Assembly (NCBI GenBank): GCA_023261845.1
Contig: JALNJZ010000003.1
Coordinates: forward strand, 64,001 to 128,000
DNA: 64,000 nt
Reading direction: 5' to 3'
Source of the DNA: Candidatus Terraquivivens tengchongensis
Lineage (GTDB): Archaea > Thermoproteota > Nitrososphaeria_A > Caldarchaeales > Wolframiiraptoraceae
Part shown: piece after piece, positions 1 through 9,021 of the stretch
Position numbering within the stretch: the first letter of the stretch is position 1
How the letters are laid out: each line of letters opens with the position of its first letter
Made by a program: the position numbers and the translations under genes
The notes under the pieces: model-generated
Database searches by the model: none
What the model was told of the DNA's origin: nothing
What the model saw: the letters and a program-made list of their open reading frames with translations, nothing else

Positions 1-235
1 TATCTATCGGTATTATAGGTTTGCTCTTTATGTGCCTTATTCCTTGTATGAGCGCGTTTATGACTTCCTTATTCTTCGCCTCAACGAAGATGTAGCCCTT
101 GACCTCTGGAAGCGTCAGGATAGAGGCCACCTCGGCGTTCTCACCCTTTATCCTGCCCTCCAGTATCCTTGCCACATTCCTCTCTTGCCCTACTGTCGTC
201 TTTATCGCGAACAGCTTATACTTCTCCGCGCTCAA
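1..235 (-). CDS. spt5: Transcription elongation factor Spt5/NusG (5' part; runs off window start)
   Basis: Manual translation from TTG at 235: MSAEKYKLFAIKTTVGQERNVARILEGRI…LPEVKGYIFVEA, matching the archaeal NusG NGN domain; lies downstream of secE as expected. Not in the ORF track. Confidence 0.93.
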   Translation of the reverse strand, partial: MSAEKYKLFAIKTTVGQERNVARILEGRIKGENAEVASILTLPEVKGYIFVEAKNKEVINALIQGIRHIKSKPIIPID

Positions 236-327
236 ACCTTAGCATCCCCAAGCCTCATCGATCGTCGGACCTTTAGCTACCCTCTCTAACCAAACCGTCC
301 TTAAATATCTATTTTTGCCCTCTAACG

Positions 328-498
328 CTAAATCGTCTGGAGGGCGAGGGCCACGAACCTCACTATAAAAGCGATCGCACCTAACACAACTATGCCTAGA
401 AGTGTGATTTTTAAAGCTACCGTGAACTCGGCCCTGCTGGGTTTCTTCGCTACTTTCATGAGCATCTTCACGGATTTAAAGAACTCAATAAGCTTCAT
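328..498 (-). CDS. secE: Protein translocase subunit SecE/Sec61-gamma
   Basis: Manual translation MKLIEFFKSVKMLMKVAKKPSRAEFTVALKITLLGIVVLGAIAFIVRFVALALQTI (56 aa): KPsxxEF motif plus one TM helix; directly upstream of spt5. Confidence 0.93.
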   Translation of the reverse strand: MKLIEFFKSVKMLMKVAKKPSRAEFTVALKITLLGIVVLGAIAFIVRFVALALQTI

Positions 499-519
499 GT
501 TTTTCACGGGCTCCTTCCT

Positions 520-1050
520 TCATGTAGGATATATCTTTTTTCTAAAAGATTTTCCCACCTCATAAAGGTAGACCCTATGCAGCCTTCCATCCTCAGCAGA
601 GACTTTATCCACGACGACTAGGGGCCACCATCCCGGAACAGGAAAGTCATGGGCGACTACCCTCGCTCCAGGCTTAGCGTAAAGCTCAAGCCTTGGTTTT
701 AGTATTTTCAAAGCGTCGTGGGTTAAATACAGGGTTATGACATCTGCCGGTCTAACATCAAACTCGAATAGATCTCCTCTTATTATCTTGAAGTTTTTGA
801 TTCCTTTCTCCAGCAGTCTGTTATATGCATAGCTCGCCAGTATGGGTTTGGACTCAACACCTACGACGGAACACCCGTAATTACTGGCCGCCTCTACCAA
901 TATTCTTCCATCACCACAGCCTAAGTCGACGAGTATCTGCCCTTCCTTCGGTTCTGCAAGGTCTACCATTAACTTAACTATGTCAATTGGTGATGGATAG
1001 AAGGGTATCTTCGAAGAAACGTTCTTTTTGGAGATGTGCGGATGGGACAT
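520..1050 (-). CDS. Class I SAM-dependent methyltransferase
   Basis: PFYPSP and VDLGCGDGRI (motif I), plus ITLYL and RVVAHDF motifs typical of small protein/RNA methyltransferases. Confidence 0.85.
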   Translation of the reverse strand: MSHPHISKKNVSSKIPFYPSPIDIVKLMVDLAEPKEGQILVDLGCGDGRILVEAASNYGCSVVGVESKPILASYAYNRLLEKGIKNFKIIRGDLFEFDVRPADVITLYLTHDALKILKPRLELYAKPGARVVAHDFPVPGWWPLVVVDKVSAEDGRLHRVYLYEVGKSFRKKIYPT

Positions 1051-1082
1051 GATCCGCGTATGGTTTACCAGAAGAGCTTAGA

Positions 1083-2021
1083 TTAAAATCTTCCCCCGTC
1101 CTGAAGCAAATATAACAACAAAGCAGCCTCGGTATGTAGCCTGTTAGCAGCCTGTTGCCAAACAGCTGACCTTTCGCCGTTGATTACCGATGCCTCTACC
1201 TCCTCCTCTCTATGCGCTGGCAAACAATGCATGAATATCGCATCAGGTTTTGCTAAGGACATGAGCCTCTCGGTCACCTTGTATTTTGGATAAAAAATCT
1301 TCAACCTTTTTTCCCTCTCTTCCTCCTGACCCATCGAAACGAAAACGTCCGTGTAGACGACGTCAGCATCTCTCACGGCATCCTCTGGGTTTTCCGTCAG
1401 CTCTATCAAGCTCCCAGATTTCTTTACCCACTCCTTCGCCTGTGTTATCACAGTTTCCGGTGGCTGATACTCCTTAGGCGATGCTACCGCGATTCTGACA
1501 CCGAGTAACGAACATGCTTGGATAAGAGAATTACAAACGTTGTTTCCGTCACCCACATAAGCAACTTTAACGCTATGGATGTCGCCCTTTAGCTCCTTGA
1601 TCGTCATGATGTCAGCAAGTCCTTGGCAAGGATGGAATCTGTCGCTTAAGGCGTTAATTACCGGGACTGAACTATATTTTGCCATCTCGGAAAGCGTCTC
1701 ATGTTTATAGACTCTTGCAACGATAGCATCCACATAAGCTGATAGAACACGCATGGTGTCGCTTATTGGTTCTCCCCTGCTCAGCTGCATTTCGCTAACG
1801 CTGAGCGGTATGCTCTCGCCGCCGAGCTTTGTTATCGCTACCTGGAAGGATACTCTAGTCCTTGTAGAGGGTTTTTCAAAAATCAAAACCACGGACTTGC
1901 CGGATAGCGGTTTGTTATCAGGATATCCCTTTCTCTTAAAATTTATAGCCATGTCTATTATGTGAAGTATTTCTTCCGCAGTGTACCCTTCGAAGTCTAA
2001 GAAATGTCTGACCATGTCCAA
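1083..2021 (-). CDS. argF: Ornithine carbamoyltransferase
   Basis: FEKPSTRTRVSF, HPCQ, DVFVSMG and FMHCLP motifs. Confidence 0.96.
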   Translation of the reverse strand: MDMVRHFLDFEGYTAEEILHIIDMAINFKRKGYPDNKPLSGKSVVLIFEKPSTRTRVSFQVAITKLGGESIPLSVSEMQLSRGEPISDTMRVLSAYVDAIVARVYKHETLSEMAKYSSVPVINALSDRFHPCQGLADIMTIKELKGDIHSVKVAYVGDGNNVCNSLIQACSLLGVRIAVASPKEYQPPETVITQAKEWVKKSGSLIELTENPEDAVRDADVVYTDVFVSMGQEEEREKRLKIFYPKYKVTERLMSLAKPDAIFMHCLPAHREEEVEASVINGERSAVWQQAANRLHTEAALLLYLLQDGGRF

Positions 2022-2126
2022 ATCGTATTACAAATGAATATTTAAGCGTACTAACTCATGGGGCACCGATAACCTTTATCTTAACTATCGCCTATAACGT
2101 AACGCAGCCTATAGGGGGCGGTTCAT

Positions 2127-3962
2127 ATATTTGTTGACGATGAAGGAAGAACGCTGGATAGGATACTGGAGGCATTAGCGTCACCTATAAGGATTGAGAT
2201 GCTGAAGCAGCTCTCGAAGCATGATATGAACTACACGGAGTTGATACGCTCGGTGGGCATGAACCCTCAGAAAGATGCAGGAAGGTTTTCTTACCACTTA
2301 AAAAAACTACTCAGCTCAAAACTCATAAGGATTAATGAAAAGACAAAGCTTTACGAGCTCTCGCATAGTGGTAGGGCAATGCTGGAAGTAATCGAACAAG
2401 CGAAGAGGAAGCTATCAGGCTCGGACTTGCTGATCGTCAGACGCAGTGAATGCTCGATAGAGTCCTTTGATAAGAATAAGATAGTGAACGCTTTAGTCAA
2501 GGAGGCAGGTATGCCAGCAAAACTCGCCCATAAAGTTGCATCCAGCGTGGAGGAAAAACTTCTCGACCTTAAGATAGAGTACCTCTCCGCACCTCTGATT
2601 AGGGAGCTTGTAAACTCTGTTCTGATAGACCAGGGTTTAGAAAAGTACAGACACAAGCTTACAAGGGTCGGGATGCCCATTTATGACGTCACTCAAACAA
2701 TCAAGAATGCCTCAAAGCAAGGTGGAGCCAATGCTGTCATGAGGACAGCAGCAAACTCAGTTTTGAAGGAGTACGTGCTGCTCAATGTGCTACCAAGAAA
2801 CGTAGCTGACGCTTATCTTTCCGGAATGATAGATATCTGCTTTCTAGAATCGTGGGTCATGTCGGTTTATGGTAAGGCGTACGATGCGAGTATGTTAAAC
2901 AAAGATGAGGGCGCAGATGTGTGCGAGGCTCTCATGATGAAATTCATGGAGGATATGTTCGCCGTCGAAAGAGAGTTCCTTCTGTACAATCTTAGCGACG
3001 TTATAGCAAATAAGAAGTTATCAAAACAGCTTGCATCAACACTCATAAAAACCTCATCACTAAGCCTGTTTGAAGGGCGTAAGTTTGTTCTCAATATTGC
3101 CGACGGTTTGGAAAACGTAGAGGACTTTGTGGAGACCTTTGATAAACATCAGAAGGATAACATCTCTATCGTAGTAAGTAAAGATTTGGTTGAGAATGCA
3201 CTCGCACGTTGTATTTCCAGAGAAGGACCCGAACTAGTATTCACAACAGGCTCCAAATCAGAGATTTTGGCGAGCGATGGATACAAAATCTCCGTTAATA
3301 ATCCAGAAAATACCGAAAGCTTTCTATGCGGCGTGGCTGCAGTAAACATGCCAAGATTGGCGCTACAGTGTGCAGGCAACGAAGAAGAATTTATGGAATC
3401 TATAAGAAGAACGATGCAGCTTATCATAACGGCATTCATGAAGAAGATGAACCTAACGAACATGCTTTATGGAAACGTGAACATCAAGCACCACTTTATA
3501 GTATCGCCGTGCGGAATATTCGAAGCGATAAAATGTTTAACGGGAGAGTATCCAACACACGAATCTTCAGATATTTTGTTGAATGTGTTGAGGGAAATGG
3601 TTAAACTAGCGTTGAAAGGCTCTAAGAAGGACTTCCAAATAGGAGTCGCCAATGCCTGTTCACTACAATCTTCTAAGAGGATGATTAAATCTGATATAGA
3701 GAAGTTCGGCTTTAAAACAGTATCAAACCTATCCCCCTATCACACGTCGTCTAACTTCACCTACTCGTCAACCGTCGTGCCCTATGATACAAAAATACCG
3801 CAGGAAGATAGGCTACAACTCGAAGCAAAAGTTGCCAAAGTTTTGAATGGTGGTTATATAGCGATGCTGCCTAAACCTACAAAGGATAAAGAAGCCCAAG
3901 AAGCTATTGAGCTTGCCGAGAGGTACCTAGAGGTCGGTTGCGATTCCTTAAAGTTCATTTAG
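2127..3962 (+). CDS. ArsR-like winged HTH + ATP-cone + degenerate class III ribonucleotide reductase (NrdD-like) fusion
   Basis: N-terminal LEALASPIRIEMLKQL…GRFSYHLKKL (HTH), ATP cone (ESFDKNKIVNALVKEAG…LSAPLIRELVN) and NrdD-like RVGMPIYDV. The ORF-track start is 2199, but the frame is open back to 2115 with HTH-like sequence, so the start is uncertain. Confidence 0.75.
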   Translation: MFVDDEGRTLDRILEALASPIRIEMLKQLSKHDMNYTELIRSVGMNPQKDAGRFSYHLKKLLSSKLIRINEKTKLYELSHSGRAMLEVIEQAKRKLSGSDLLIVRRSECSIESFDKNKIVNALVKEAGMPAKLAHKVASSVEEKLLDLKIEYLSAPLIRELVNSVLIDQGLEKYRHKLTRVGMPIYDVTQTIKNASKQGGANAVMRTAANSVLKEYVLLNVLPRNVADAYLSGMIDICFLESWVMSVYGKAYDASMLNKDEGADVCEALMMKFMEDMFAVEREFLLYNLSDVIANKKLSKQLASTLIKTSSLSLFEGRKFVLNIADGLENVEDFVETFDKHQKDNISIVVSKDLVENALARCISREGPELVFTTGSKSEILASDGYKISVNNPENTESFLCGVAAVNMPRLALQCAGNEEEFMESIRRTMQLIITAFMKKMNLTNMLYGNVNIKHHFIVSPCGIFEAIKCLTGEYPTHESSDILLNVLREMVKLALKGSKKDFQIGVANACSLQSSKRMIKSDIEKFGFKTVSNLSPYHTSSNFTYSSTVVPYDTKIPQEDRLQLEAKVAKVLNGGYIAMLPKPTKDKEAQEAIELAERYLEVGCDSLKFI

Positions 3963-4329
3963 ACTTTAGTAAGAGGATGGCCTTTGCTAAGTCTCCGCCT
4001 ACTTCTATGAGTGCCCTCTTCGCCTCATCCTCGGATACGCCTGCCTGTAGCGCTACGATGGTTATGTCCTCTGGCGTTGGCTCATAGGTTGGGGCCTTCT
4101 CTTCACTTACTCTGGGTTTTTGTTCAGAAACTTCGCCCCCTATGATCTGGTAGACTTTCTCGTCACCAACCTGCAAAACAACGACGGTTGGCTCTTTTAT
4201 TATTACGTCCTTGTCTGGCAAACGGATCAACACTTCTTTAGCAACGTTTTGTTCCCTCACGTCAAGACCCAAGCTGCCAAGTAGCTTTGATTGCATCCTT
4301 CTAAGTTCGCGCGAACTCAGCTTTCTCAT
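3955..4329 (-). CDS. nac: Nascent polypeptide-associated complex protein (archaeal NAC)
   Basis: RELRRM N-terminus, NAC domain (VYQIIG) and C-terminal UBA (EDITIVALQAGVSEDEAKRAL…GDLAKAIL). Confidence 0.93.
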   Translation of the reverse strand: MRKLSSRELRRMQSKLLGSLGLDVREQNVAKEVLIRLPDKDVIIKEPTVVVLQVGDEKVYQIIGGEVSEQKPRVSEEKAPTYEPTPEDITIVALQAGVSEDEAKRALIEVGGDLAKAILLLKSK

Positions 4330-4787
4330 AAAGTCCCGCCCCTGACCTTTCTAACCTTCACAGCCAGACCCCGCCTAAACTTACCCATCTCGCAACCGCT
4401 AATCACAGCTTTACCTACGGCCAATAGTTCACCCTTATCGTTTTCTATGATAACCTCTTCCCCAGGTAGAATTTTTGGGTCAGCCTCAAGAACGTGTTTA
4501 GAGAATAGAGATTTCCCCTCAACGATGAATCTAACAGCATCATCGGATGCAATGACTCTAAACCTACCAGGTGGTAACAAAGCCCTCAACCTCATCGCAC
4601 CCTCGACCGTCAACACTATAAAACCATCGTTGCTCCTTACGGTCGCCAAAAGTTTACCGTCTAGGTAGATCCTCTTGGGTTTACCTGTACGTTTTGACAC
4701 TTCAATAACGGTCCCGTCCGGGAAAAGCTGTTCACCCACATCCGTGCCGAATTGATAATTCAAAATTGCCCTGACAACGTCTAACAA
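4326..4787 (-). CDS. PUA-domain RNA-binding protein (TGT C2/PUA-like)
   Basis: YQFG, SKRTGKPKRIY, GKSLFSKHV and GLAVKVR motifs of stand-alone PUA proteins. Confidence 0.85.
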   Translation of the reverse strand: MLDVVRAILNYQFGTDVGEQLFPDGTVIEVSKRTGKPKRIYLDGKLLATVRSNDGFIVLTVEGAMRLRALLPPGRFRVIASDDAVRFIVEGKSLFSKHVLEADPKILPGEEVIIENDKGELLAVGKAVISGCEMGKFRRGLAVKVRKVRGGTL

Positions 4788-4788
4788 C

Positions 4789-6042
4789 TCAACTACCCTC
4801 TATCCTGAACGATTTAACTAGGCGGAGCCTCTTCAACTTTTCGGCTAGATGATTAGGTGCCTCTACCCTCAGCTCTATGAATCCATCTTCATATTTTAAC
4901 TCTAAAACGTTTGACTTCTCACATATCTCAGACAAAACCTTCACAGAACTTTCATCACTTCCGTCTATCTTGGCTGTAGCTATCACATAATTTCCCATCA
5001 TTGAAGCTATGGTTTGCTCCAATACGTCTATATTGGTACGGTACAGGGCAGATATCATTACGTAGGGTAGTGTTAGGCCAAGACTTTCAACCTTTTTTTT
5101 GACATCGCTTACAAGGTCCATCTTGTTCAATATGATAAGCGTCGGTATTGAGTGAGCTCCTATCGAGCCTAAGGTTTCTAGTGAGTAGGCTAGCTTTTCC
5201 CTGATGATTTCTACAGGTTCTGAAAAATCTGCGACCAAAAGTATTAAGTCTGAGAACAGTATCTCGCTCAACGTAGAATGGAATGCATCGATGAGTGTTG
5301 AAGGCAGGTTTTTGATGAACCCCACAGTATCGGATAGGAATGCACTCCTGCCCTTTATCTTAACGAGCCTGACCGTCGTAGAAAGTGTTGTGAAAAGCCT
5401 GTTATCAACAGGTACGCTCTCTGATGCTAATACGTTGAAGAGTGTTGATTTACCCGCGTTAGTATAGCCGACGAGCGATATCGTTGGGATTCCGTACTTT
5501 TCCCTTCGAAGCCTGAACAACTCGCGTCTTTTCTTTATGCTGGCCAGCTTCTTGATCACCGTATGTATTCTTCTGTTAATCTCGTTATAGTAAACGTCAG
5601 CTTCATAAGCACCTAGTCCGTGGAAACCTGGCTGCTCACCCATCTTCGCAAGCCGAACTTTTTCCTTAGCCCTTGAGAGCTCGTACTTTAGCTCCGCTAG
5701 CTTTATTTGCAGCTTGGCCTCTTTCGAGGATGCATGAAGGGAAAATATCTCCAATATTAGTTGAGTTCTTGACATAACAGGGATGCCTAAGGCTTTAGCC
5801 AGGTTATATTCTTGGACGGTCTTTATGTCGTTTTCGAAAATTACCTTTTCTACGTTAAACTTCTTGATTGCGTCCTTTAACTCCGCCAGCTTTCCAGGTC
5901 CGATGTTATACTTTGGATGCGGATAGCGGTATTGCACTAACTCGTACACCACTTCATAGCCAGCAGTCAGACATAACTCCCTAAGCTCGTCTAAGTTCGG
6001 CCTCTCGCCAGGCTGCACACGATGAACTATCGCTACCCTCAA
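4789..6042 (-). CDS. hflX: GTPase HflX
   Basis: ILEIF…EAKLQIKLAEL, GYTNAGKSTLFN, LFTTL, DTVGFI and NKMD motifs. Confidence 0.96.
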   Translation of the reverse strand: MRVAIVHRVQPGERPNLDELRELCLTAGYEVVYELVQYRYPHPKYNIGPGKLAELKDAIKKFNVEKVIFENDIKTVQEYNLAKALGIPVMSRTQLILEIFSLHASSKEAKLQIKLAELKYELSRAKEKVRLAKMGEQPGFHGLGAYEADVYYNEINRRIHTVIKKLASIKKRRELFRLRREKYGIPTISLVGYTNAGKSTLFNVLASESVPVDNRLFTTLSTTVRLVKIKGRSAFLSDTVGFIKNLPSTLIDAFHSTLSEILFSDLILLVADFSEPVEIIREKLAYSLETLGSIGAHSIPTLIILNKMDLVSDVKKKVESLGLTLPYVMISALYRTNIDVLEQTIASMMGNYVIATAKIDGSDESSVKVLSEICEKSNVLELKYEDGFIELRVEAPNHLAEKLKRLRLVKSFRIEGS

Positions 6043-6073
6043 AGGCTTATATGTAGTACTTTTACGAGTTATA

Positions 6074-6451
6074 TCAACCTTCCTTCTTTTCTTCTCCGAG
6101 CTTCTTCATAACGTCGCCTAACGTATACCCGCCGGGTTGTGGTTTGCTGAGGAATGGTCCATATCGGTAGTCTTCCGTCACCTCTTCTATTATCTGTATC
6201 TTCAAAAATTTCTCGAGCTTCCTAGCAAGCTCGATGGAAGGTTTGACCTCTCCTTGCTCGATTTTCTTAATGAGCGTTGCTTTCTCGTTTAGTTGCGCAG
6301 CGAGTTCCTCTTGCGATAAACCCATGCGCTCCCTCGCATTCTTTATTCTTACGTGAAATCCCTCCACATAATCGATTTTTTCCATGGGCATAAGGCTTTT
6401 CGGGGTTGCGCCCTTCTTAGCCTCAGCTCTTTTCTGGGGCTTAGAAGTCAT
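6074..6451 (-). CDS. mbf1: Multiprotein bridging factor aMBF1 (Cro-like HTH; N-terminal Zn ribbon absent)
   Basis: IKNARERMGLSQEELA…KIEQGEVKPSIELARKLEKFL and C-terminal TLGDV; next to hflX. Confidence 0.85.
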   Translation of the reverse strand: MTSKPQKRAEAKKGATPKSLMPMEKIDYVEGFHVRIKNARERMGLSQEELAAQLNEKATLIKKIEQGEVKPSIELARKLEKFLKIQIIEEVTEDYRYGPFLSKPQPGGYTLGDVMKKLGEEKKEG

Positions 6452-6558
6452 GTTAATTCATTAAAAGCACTCGAAACGCCCTAATATATTTAATCGCGAA
6501 CATCATTGACCTGTTGCGATTAAACGCTTAATTTTAACGATATGATCGTAAAGCTTGT

Positions 6559-7293
6559 ATGATATTCGTGGACAGTAAAGAGGCGTCGAAGAGTAAGAGG
6601 ATACTTGAAATGTTAACTAACGTGCTTGGCCAACAGGTTGGCATAAAGAACTTAGAGGTCGGAGACTATCTTCTTGATGGTAGTGAGGGTATGGCCGTTA
6701 TCGAGAGGAAGACTGTAACCGACCTGCTGAGTTCTCTGAAACCCGACGAATCGGGCCGCGGGAGGATATGGTCCCAGTTAGATAGATTCGCTGAAATGAA
6801 TTCCTTCGAGAAGATTCTGATAATTGAGGGGTGGCTGGGTGCGATAAGAAAGATGACAGAGTGGAACGAGGCCAGCGTATACAGAGCGCTAGAAAGCATC
6901 CAGAAAGGTTACGAAGTCGTCGTTATCCACACACCAGATTGGAAAGGTACTGGAGCTTACGTGATAGCAAAATACAAGAGCCTCTCGGAGAAACCGGAGC
7001 CGAGGGACATAAGACTTCGGGTGAGTTCTGTTTCTATGACGCCGGAACAACAGGCGCTCTACATCGTGGAAGGGCTTCCAAGGGTTGGACCTAGTTTAGC
7101 CAAAGCCCTCCTCAAGGCCTATGGTTCCGTGAAGAACGTGTTCGATTCATTGGCCTCGAAACCCGTTGAACTCCTAAGGGATGAGGTGGCTAAGTTTTTG
7201 GGCAGAAAACCTCCCGAGGTTGTTATAAAGAATGCTAAGGATGTTATCACGAAGGAAATAAAATTAGAAGAACTTGAAGAAAGAAAATCTTAG
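6559..7293 (+). CDS. xpf: Short XPF/ERCC4 structure-specific endonuclease
   Basis: VDSKE, GDY, IERKTxxD (ERKxxxD) and C-terminal HhH (LPRVGPSLAKALL). Confidence 0.88.
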   Translation: MIFVDSKEASKSKRILEMLTNVLGQQVGIKNLEVGDYLLDGSEGMAVIERKTVTDLLSSLKPDESGRGRIWSQLDRFAEMNSFEKILIIEGWLGAIRKMTEWNEASVYRALESIQKGYEVVVIHTPDWKGTGAYVIAKYKSLSEKPEPRDIRLRVSSVSMTPEQQALYIVEGLPRVGPSLAKALLKAYGSVKNVFDSLASKPVELLRDEVAKFLGRKPPEVVIKNAKDVITKEIKLEELEERKS

Positions 7294-7305
7294 AGCGTGT
7301 ATGAT

Positions 7306-8145
7306 TTAACCTAGGTTGCCGAGTAGTAGTGATGCAACGGTAGCGGCCATAATTATGAGTAATGTCTCCAGTAATATCTTCTTCCAATTAATCCGGGATT
7401 TCTTGGAGCGGTATCTAATGAGGTACGCATTCATCGCACCTACGATTGTTAGTGCCGTTATGAGATTCGCTGGCTCCGGCAAAACGATGTATGCAACAAC
7501 AGGAATACCTCCCGCTAGAAAAGTAGTTATGCCACATATAAGCGCGGCATACAAATTAGATAACCTCACTTCTTTATGAAGCAACATGAATAACCTCTTA
7601 ACTAGCATGAGAGATTTATTCCGCTCATTCTTGTCAGGGATGTCACTCAAGCTAAACCTCATCAAAATTTGAAGAGACCTTATGTCTGCTAGGTCTTCAG
7701 TTATTCCGCCCAAAAGAAAGCTTGAAAAGTTCGTTATGGCTACAGCTACTAACGTCAAAAGAGCGGCGAATGTTACAACCTTAGCAAACAGGCCGGACAT
7801 GAAAACAGAAAGGACAACAACGAGTCCTGCTATGGAGCCATCTACGAGGCCGGCTACAACCTCGAGTATAGGCTCCCTCTTCAACAAAAGGTTTCTCCAT
7901 TCCTTACCTAACTTCAAACCCTGAGGCGTTGGCCGGATGTAATCACCATCCTCAATTATTAGCCCTTCAGAAACCATCTCTTTTAAGGCCTTATCTAAAT
8001 CACTCGCTTCGACACAGACATCGTTGGCACAAATTTCGTCGATGCGTTTTTTGAGAAGAGACTTATGCGTACTCGTCTTTCTTTTCAGATTCAACAGAAT
8101 GAACACTTTTATAACGTCGGGCAGCTCTTGGATCTCAAAGGACAC
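7306..8145 (-). CDS. Membrane protein: N-terminal winged-helix-like domain + VIT1/CCC1-like TM domain
   Basis: Soluble ~90-aa N-terminus ending …MVSEGLIIEDGDYIRPTPQG (wHTH wing), then GLVDG, FLAGGIPVVAY and about five TM segments in a VIT1-like arrangement. Confidence 0.55.
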   Translation of the reverse strand: MSFEIQELPDVIKVFILLNLKRKTSTHKSLLKKRIDEICANDVCVEASDLDKALKEMVSEGLIIEDGDYIRPTPQGLKLGKEWRNLLLKREPILEVVAGLVDGSIAGLVVVLSVFMSGLFAKVVTFAALLTLVAVAITNFSSFLLGGITEDLADIRSLQILMRFSLSDIPDKNERNKSLMLVKRLFMLLHKEVRLSNLYAALICGITTFLAGGIPVVAYIVLPEPANLITALTIVGAMNAYLIRYRSKKSRINWKKILLETLLIIMAATVASLLLGNLG

Positions 8146-8331
8146 TCAGCGTTTCACCGCTCGCATTTTAGTGAATATGTTCGTCGATCTAATAACCCTT
8201 CTGCCATCCATATATAAATACGGCTATCGGAGTGCGCTGGAAGCAAGGCTTTACAGAATAGATAAAAATGGTTTTAAGTTTCCCTCAACACTCCATGCTT
8301 TAAACCTGCGGCATAAGAAGGTTGGCGTGGA

Positions 8332-8934
8332 TTGAATAAAACTTCAGAAATCTTAAGCGTTCCATGGATAAGGTCGTCCTTGATTTTGGGTGGAATGCTT
8401 GCGGCTGTAGGTGTAGCATTAATTTTGGTCTTCAAGCTTTTGAACCTTGGGAGCTCTCCCTTCTTCACGGATTTAAAAGCTCTTGTTATGAAGTATGGGC
8501 TTGCAGGCATATTCATAGTTACGATACTAGCTGGCACGATCGTACCCGTTGGAAGCCCGGCACTCGTCGTGGCAGCAGCATCTTTTGGTGTTCACCCGGT
8601 GCCCTTAACAATTGTAGCCACGACTGGTTTCACGGTGGGCATGATAATAAACTACGTGTTGGCTTACGGTCTTGGAAGACCTTTCGTGATAAAGAAGTTA
8701 GGGATGGAAAGGCTTGAAGAAATATCTGCGTTATGGAACCGATGGGGCTGGATCATATACGTGCTCTTCGGGATTATACCTGTGCTTCCAGTTGAGTTCT
8801 TGGCACTATTCTGCGGGTTGATCAAAGCGCAATTCGGTCGCTTCATTGTCCTGAGCTTCATTCCACGTTTAATAGTGTTCGCTTTTCTATCTTACTTCGG
8901 AACTCAACTTGGTTGGTGGCTCGAAATAATGTAA
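8332..8934 (+). CDS. DedA/VTT (SNARE-associated) family membrane protein
   Basis: TIVPVGSP, GMIINYVLAYGLGRP, IIPVLPVE and FIPRL motifs. Confidence 0.85.
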   Translation: MNKTSEILSVPWIRSSLILGGMLAAVGVALILVFKLLNLGSSPFFTDLKALVMKYGLAGIFIVTILAGTIVPVGSPALVVAAASFGVHPVPLTIVATTGFTVGMIINYVLAYGLGRPFVIKKLGMERLEEISALWNRWGWIIYVLFGIIPVLPVEFLALFCGLIKAQFGRFIVLSFIPRLIVFAFLSYFGTQLGWWLEIM

Positions 8935-8955
8935 TAACTCTTTGACGAAATACTT

Positions 8956-9013
8956 AAAGATAAGCTTTTAAAGATAAGCTTTTACAGAAGAAAAGATAAA
9001 CTTTTACAGAAGA
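8956..9013 (+). repeat. Three tandem copies of AAAGATAA(G/A)CTTTT, two followed by ACAGAAGA, upstream of the P-type ATPase
   Basis: Copies read directly at 8956-8969, 8970-8991 and 8992-9013. Confidence 0.85.
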
Positions 9014-9021
9014 AGTGAGGT

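Noticed and set aside
32-289. 85-aa + strand ORF
   Set aside because: It is an antisense shadow of spt5.
8956-9013. Possible mini-CRISPR array
   Set aside because: The repeats are 14-22 nt with no unique spacers, and no cas genes are present in the window.
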